A stretch of DNA of 64,000 nucleotides from positions 126,044 through 190,043 of the forward strand of contig MU619244.1 in assembly GCA_025201805.1 (NCBI GenBank), given 5' to 3'. This document shows positions 61,034-64,000 of the stretch, in pieces. This stretch comes from Parasitella parasitica NRRL 2501. Its lineage: Eukaryota; Fungi; Mucoromycota. Each line of letters starts with the position of its first letter. Within the stretch, counting starts at the first letter, position 1. A model generated the notes under the pieces. That model was not told the origin of the DNA. It ran no database searches and worked only from the letters and a program-made list of their open reading frames with translations. Made by a program: the position numbers and the translations under genes.

Positions 61034-61126
61034 CTAATGCCATGCTCCTGTCTTTGTTGTCCTTTTTATAAATAGAAAACAATCAACTAATTTTTTTTCC
61101 TTAACTGCAAAACTTATTTTATCAGC

Positions 61127-61687
61127 ATGTCCAGCCCAAACCATCCAGAAACATTTACTAGAATGAGAGAAGAAACGCCAACTACTTCACATGGATCGAG
61201 GACACTGACAGTAGAAGAAACAGCACTACAAGGACAAAGTGGAGACGAAAATGTTGTTAGCTCGGATGGCGAAGAGCATGTAGGTGTATTACGTTTGCGA
61301 GGCGATATGAATACGAGAAGAAGAAGAGTGATTCAATGGGACGAAAGTGTCATTGACAATGAACATATGAATAAGAAGAAAACCAAAAGTGAGTTTTTAC
61401 GCTGTAAAAAAACGATAATGATTATGACTGAAAAAATAATAGTCTGTTGCATATATCATAAACCTCATGCCGTTGGAGAATCATCAGAATCAGAAAGCGA
61501 TAGTTCGAGCGACGATAGCAGTAGTAGTGGCAGCGACAGTGACAGTAATCATGCCAAATGCAATCATAACCATGGCCAAAGAAAGAAGAAGAGAAACCCT
61601 AGAGATGTGAGTCCTAATGCGTATGAACGTCAGCCCGTGTACAAAAGTTTGTATATTCATAGTAAACACCAAATATATACTAATTGA
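61127..61687 (+). CDS. YPI1: Type 1 phosphatase regulator Ypi1 / inhibitor-3
   Basis: GVLRLR, RVIQW (RVxW), [28 protein letters not shown]; intron ~61389-61442. Confidence 0.9.
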   Translation: MSSPNHPETFTRMREETPTTSHGSRTLTVEETALQGQSGDENVVSSDGEEHVGVLRLRGDMNTRRRRVIQWDESVIDNEHMNKKKTKSEFLRCKKTIMIMTEKIIVCCIYHKPHAVGESSESESDSSSDDSSSSGSDSDSNHAKCNHNHGQRKKKRNPRDVSPNAYERQPVYKSLYIHSKHQIYTN

Positions 61688-61914
61688 TAATCTTAGATCG
61701 TTCTTTACCATCTCCATCAAAATAAATATAGTAAATTGATCAAAATTTTTGTATTGCTTGAAAAAAAAAAAAGAAAAAAAAAAAAGGGATTTATATGTTA
61801 AGGAGTGTGCCATTTATCACGGAATGAAAGGAAAATGTTTATTTTATTTGACATGGTAGAAATCACAATTCTTCCTTTTTCTTCCCTTCTGCTTTTTCAG
61901 TTCTTTTTCGCTAA

Positions 61915-63584
61915 ATGGATTGCAATCATCATAACGAGAAATCAACAGATCAAGGCCACTGGTCTGATTTTTTACATGGCAACAACAAGAAGGTTAAAAA
62001 AAAGAACAGCAGATCGAAATCCATGTTTGAATTAGCCGATAATCCATATGCAGACGATAATTGCTGCTGCTGCGATGATGAAAATGCAACAACTAGTTCA
62101 ACCAGGCACAATAGCCTCGTTTATTCGATATTAACGTCATCCACACTAAACAATCCTGAAGCATATCCTTCAGCATCGGCTGCAATCCTATTTCTACTGA
62201 AATTTTCCAAGTTGTTAGTTTCATGCGGCGCACCGTCTCATCGCCTAGATTACTGCTTGCAATTACTAATGCAAAAGTTTAATGTAAAAGCACAGTTTGG
62301 TTATTTTCCCGGCTTTCTTGTTGTTTCGTGTGGTGATTCAGGTATGTCTACACAATGCGAATCGTCTTTTTTTTTTCTACAGGAGAATAAATCCGAAAGA
62401 TGTGTTTACAAATAGAAAATTTAGCTGCATCGGTTCAAATCATCAAGGCAGAAACTGCACTCGATTTGCACAAGTTAACACAAACATACCAGCTATTTGA
62501 ATCTGTGCTGTGCGACGAAATATCGTTGCAGGAGGCCATTGATCAACTAGATTCAATCAGCCGAGATTGCCCTTTATATCCATTATGGCTAACGTGGTTA
62601 GCGTATGCTGTGGCATCGAGTGTTAGCGCTCCCTTATTTTTCTCGGGAGGTGCTGTTGATATGGGGTTTGGTCTGTTGTTGGGCCTCATTGTAGCAATTG
62701 GGTTTTTGCATGTCTCTAAAAGGGTAACCCGGTTTGGTTCTATTTTTGATGTAGTGCTAAGTGCGGTGGTGGGCTTTATTGCTTCGCTCATTGCTGCTAG
62801 GTTCCCTACAACTACGTCTTGTTTTTACGCACTCTCTGTCGGCGGTGTCGTTATGCTACTACCAGGCTATACAACGCTAATTTCTATTTTGGAAATTGCA
62901 GCTGGTGAAGTAGCTTCAGGGACATTGCGTCTTACAACAACGCTCGTCTATTCACTCATGATTGGATTTGGTCTTGCCATTGGTGCTAGTTGTCATAAAA
63001 TAATGTTCCCTACTTTGGCTCTGGTGAGCGCAGATACGCAGCAATGCGAGAATGGTATATCTGCTTGGTACCATTTTTTGTTTGTCCCTCTATTCGCATT
63101 AGCCAACTTGGTCATTCTCAAGGGACACATTCGGAAATTCCCTGTCATTCTAGCATTGGCAGTAGTCTCGCACGCGGTCCATTTCTTCTCGCTCTCTTGG
63201 TTTATCTCTTATCAACATGTAGCAACTGTGATGGCTGCATTTGCCGTTGCCCTTGTATCCAACTTTTATGCAAGATTCAAATCTACAATCGGTTTTGTAG
63301 ATATGATCACTGGCTTGCTATTTTTAGTGCCTGGATCAGTAGGAGTTTCCAGTTCCCTGAATACATTTACTTCGTCAGCGCATGCAACTGAAATAAGCAT
63401 CATATTGAATGCTAGTCAGCAGGGTGCTATATTCGCAACGCATATGATGGTTATTACTGTGGCTGTTTCGGTGGGGCTTGTGTTGGCAGCTGTAGTGGTT
63501 TATCCCGTCCGAAAAGTAGTAGATTATCGCAGAAAGACGCCTCGCTATCGAAGGCGCAATTGGGTTGGAGAAATAACGTTTTAA
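61915..63584 (+). CDS. Prm10 / ThrE (DUF1212) family multi-pass membrane protein
   Basis: LVSCGAPSHRL, LDLHKL, YPLWL, FFSGGAVD, GGVVMLLPG..EIAAG..SGTLR, GLLFLVPGS; intron 62342-62415. Confidence 0.85.
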
Positions 63585-63762
63585 ATGGCATGTAAATAAA
63601 ACACAGTTTATATTATTATATGTCCTTGGTGATAAACGAAAAGGTCAGCAATTGCATAATATATCTGCATATACAGAATCCAAAATCATGTTTCCTAAAT
63701 TGTTTTATTTCAAGCGCAAATGTATATAAATATACTGTATGTCACCAGAAGGCTCAGCAGAT

Positions 63763-64000
63763 TTACTTGGATTCATTTAAAAATGCCTGTTTTTCTTCGT
63801 CCTGCTCAATATAAGCAGGAGGTTGGGCCTTCTTATCCCAGATTTGTTCATCGCTAGCGTCTTTCTGATCTTCAACAAGAGAAACAGGATCATATGACGA
63901 TGGCTTAATCAACTCACGAACAGCCAAGAGAATGCCAACAAAGAAGGCAACAAGAGCACCGCTAATGAGACCTTGGTTCATTGCCGATGTCTTGTTCCAC
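63763..64000 (-). CDS. 3' end of a hypothetical membrane protein (partial, continues beyond the window)
   Basis: Hydrophobic helix GLISGALVAFFVGILLAV and a PPAY motif near the C-terminus. Confidence 0.55.
   Translation of the reverse strand, partial: WNKTSAMNQGLISGALVAFFVGILLAVRELIKPSSYDPVSLVEDQKDASDEQIWDKKAQPPAYIEQDEEKQAFLNESK

Noticed and set aside
42765-61050. Starship-type giant element
   Set aside because: The YR is Crypton/NDC10-type rather than a DUF3435 captain, and no bounding direct repeats were found

Overview
Eukaryotic, AT-rich, intron-containing scaffold segment. Gene content and transposon families point to a Mucorales (Mucoromycota) fungus; this is an inference from sequence style and family resemblance, and no search was run. 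The segment 1-39.4 kb is gene-dense: asteroid/XPG-like PIN nuclease, CrgA-like RING-LON protein, RRN7, TFB5, BFR2, CDC25-like RasGEF, DHA1 MFS transporter, kinesin-4-like motor, an unknown coiled-coil protein, WDR91, PUB1/TIA1, RHO3, Mpo1-like DUF962, an atypical kinase and HOM6, plus one decayed REase-fold gene at 23.8-25.7 kb. The segment 39.5-61 kb is a transposon island. It holds a piggyBac relic, an intact three-exon Crypton tyrosine recombinase with a catalytic R-to-H change, a lox-like inverted repeat and a decayed divergent gene upstream of it, four Tc1/IS630 relics, a non-autonomous Helitron with both ends recognisable, two L1-like 3' fragments, a probable DIRS relic and one intact orphan gene. 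YPI1, a Prm10/ThrE-family gene and a partial gene close the window. There are two N gaps. The most interesting leads are the Crypton module, a possible TFB5-RRN7 dicistronic unit, and a nearly pure poly(U) candidate 5'UTR intron in PUB1.
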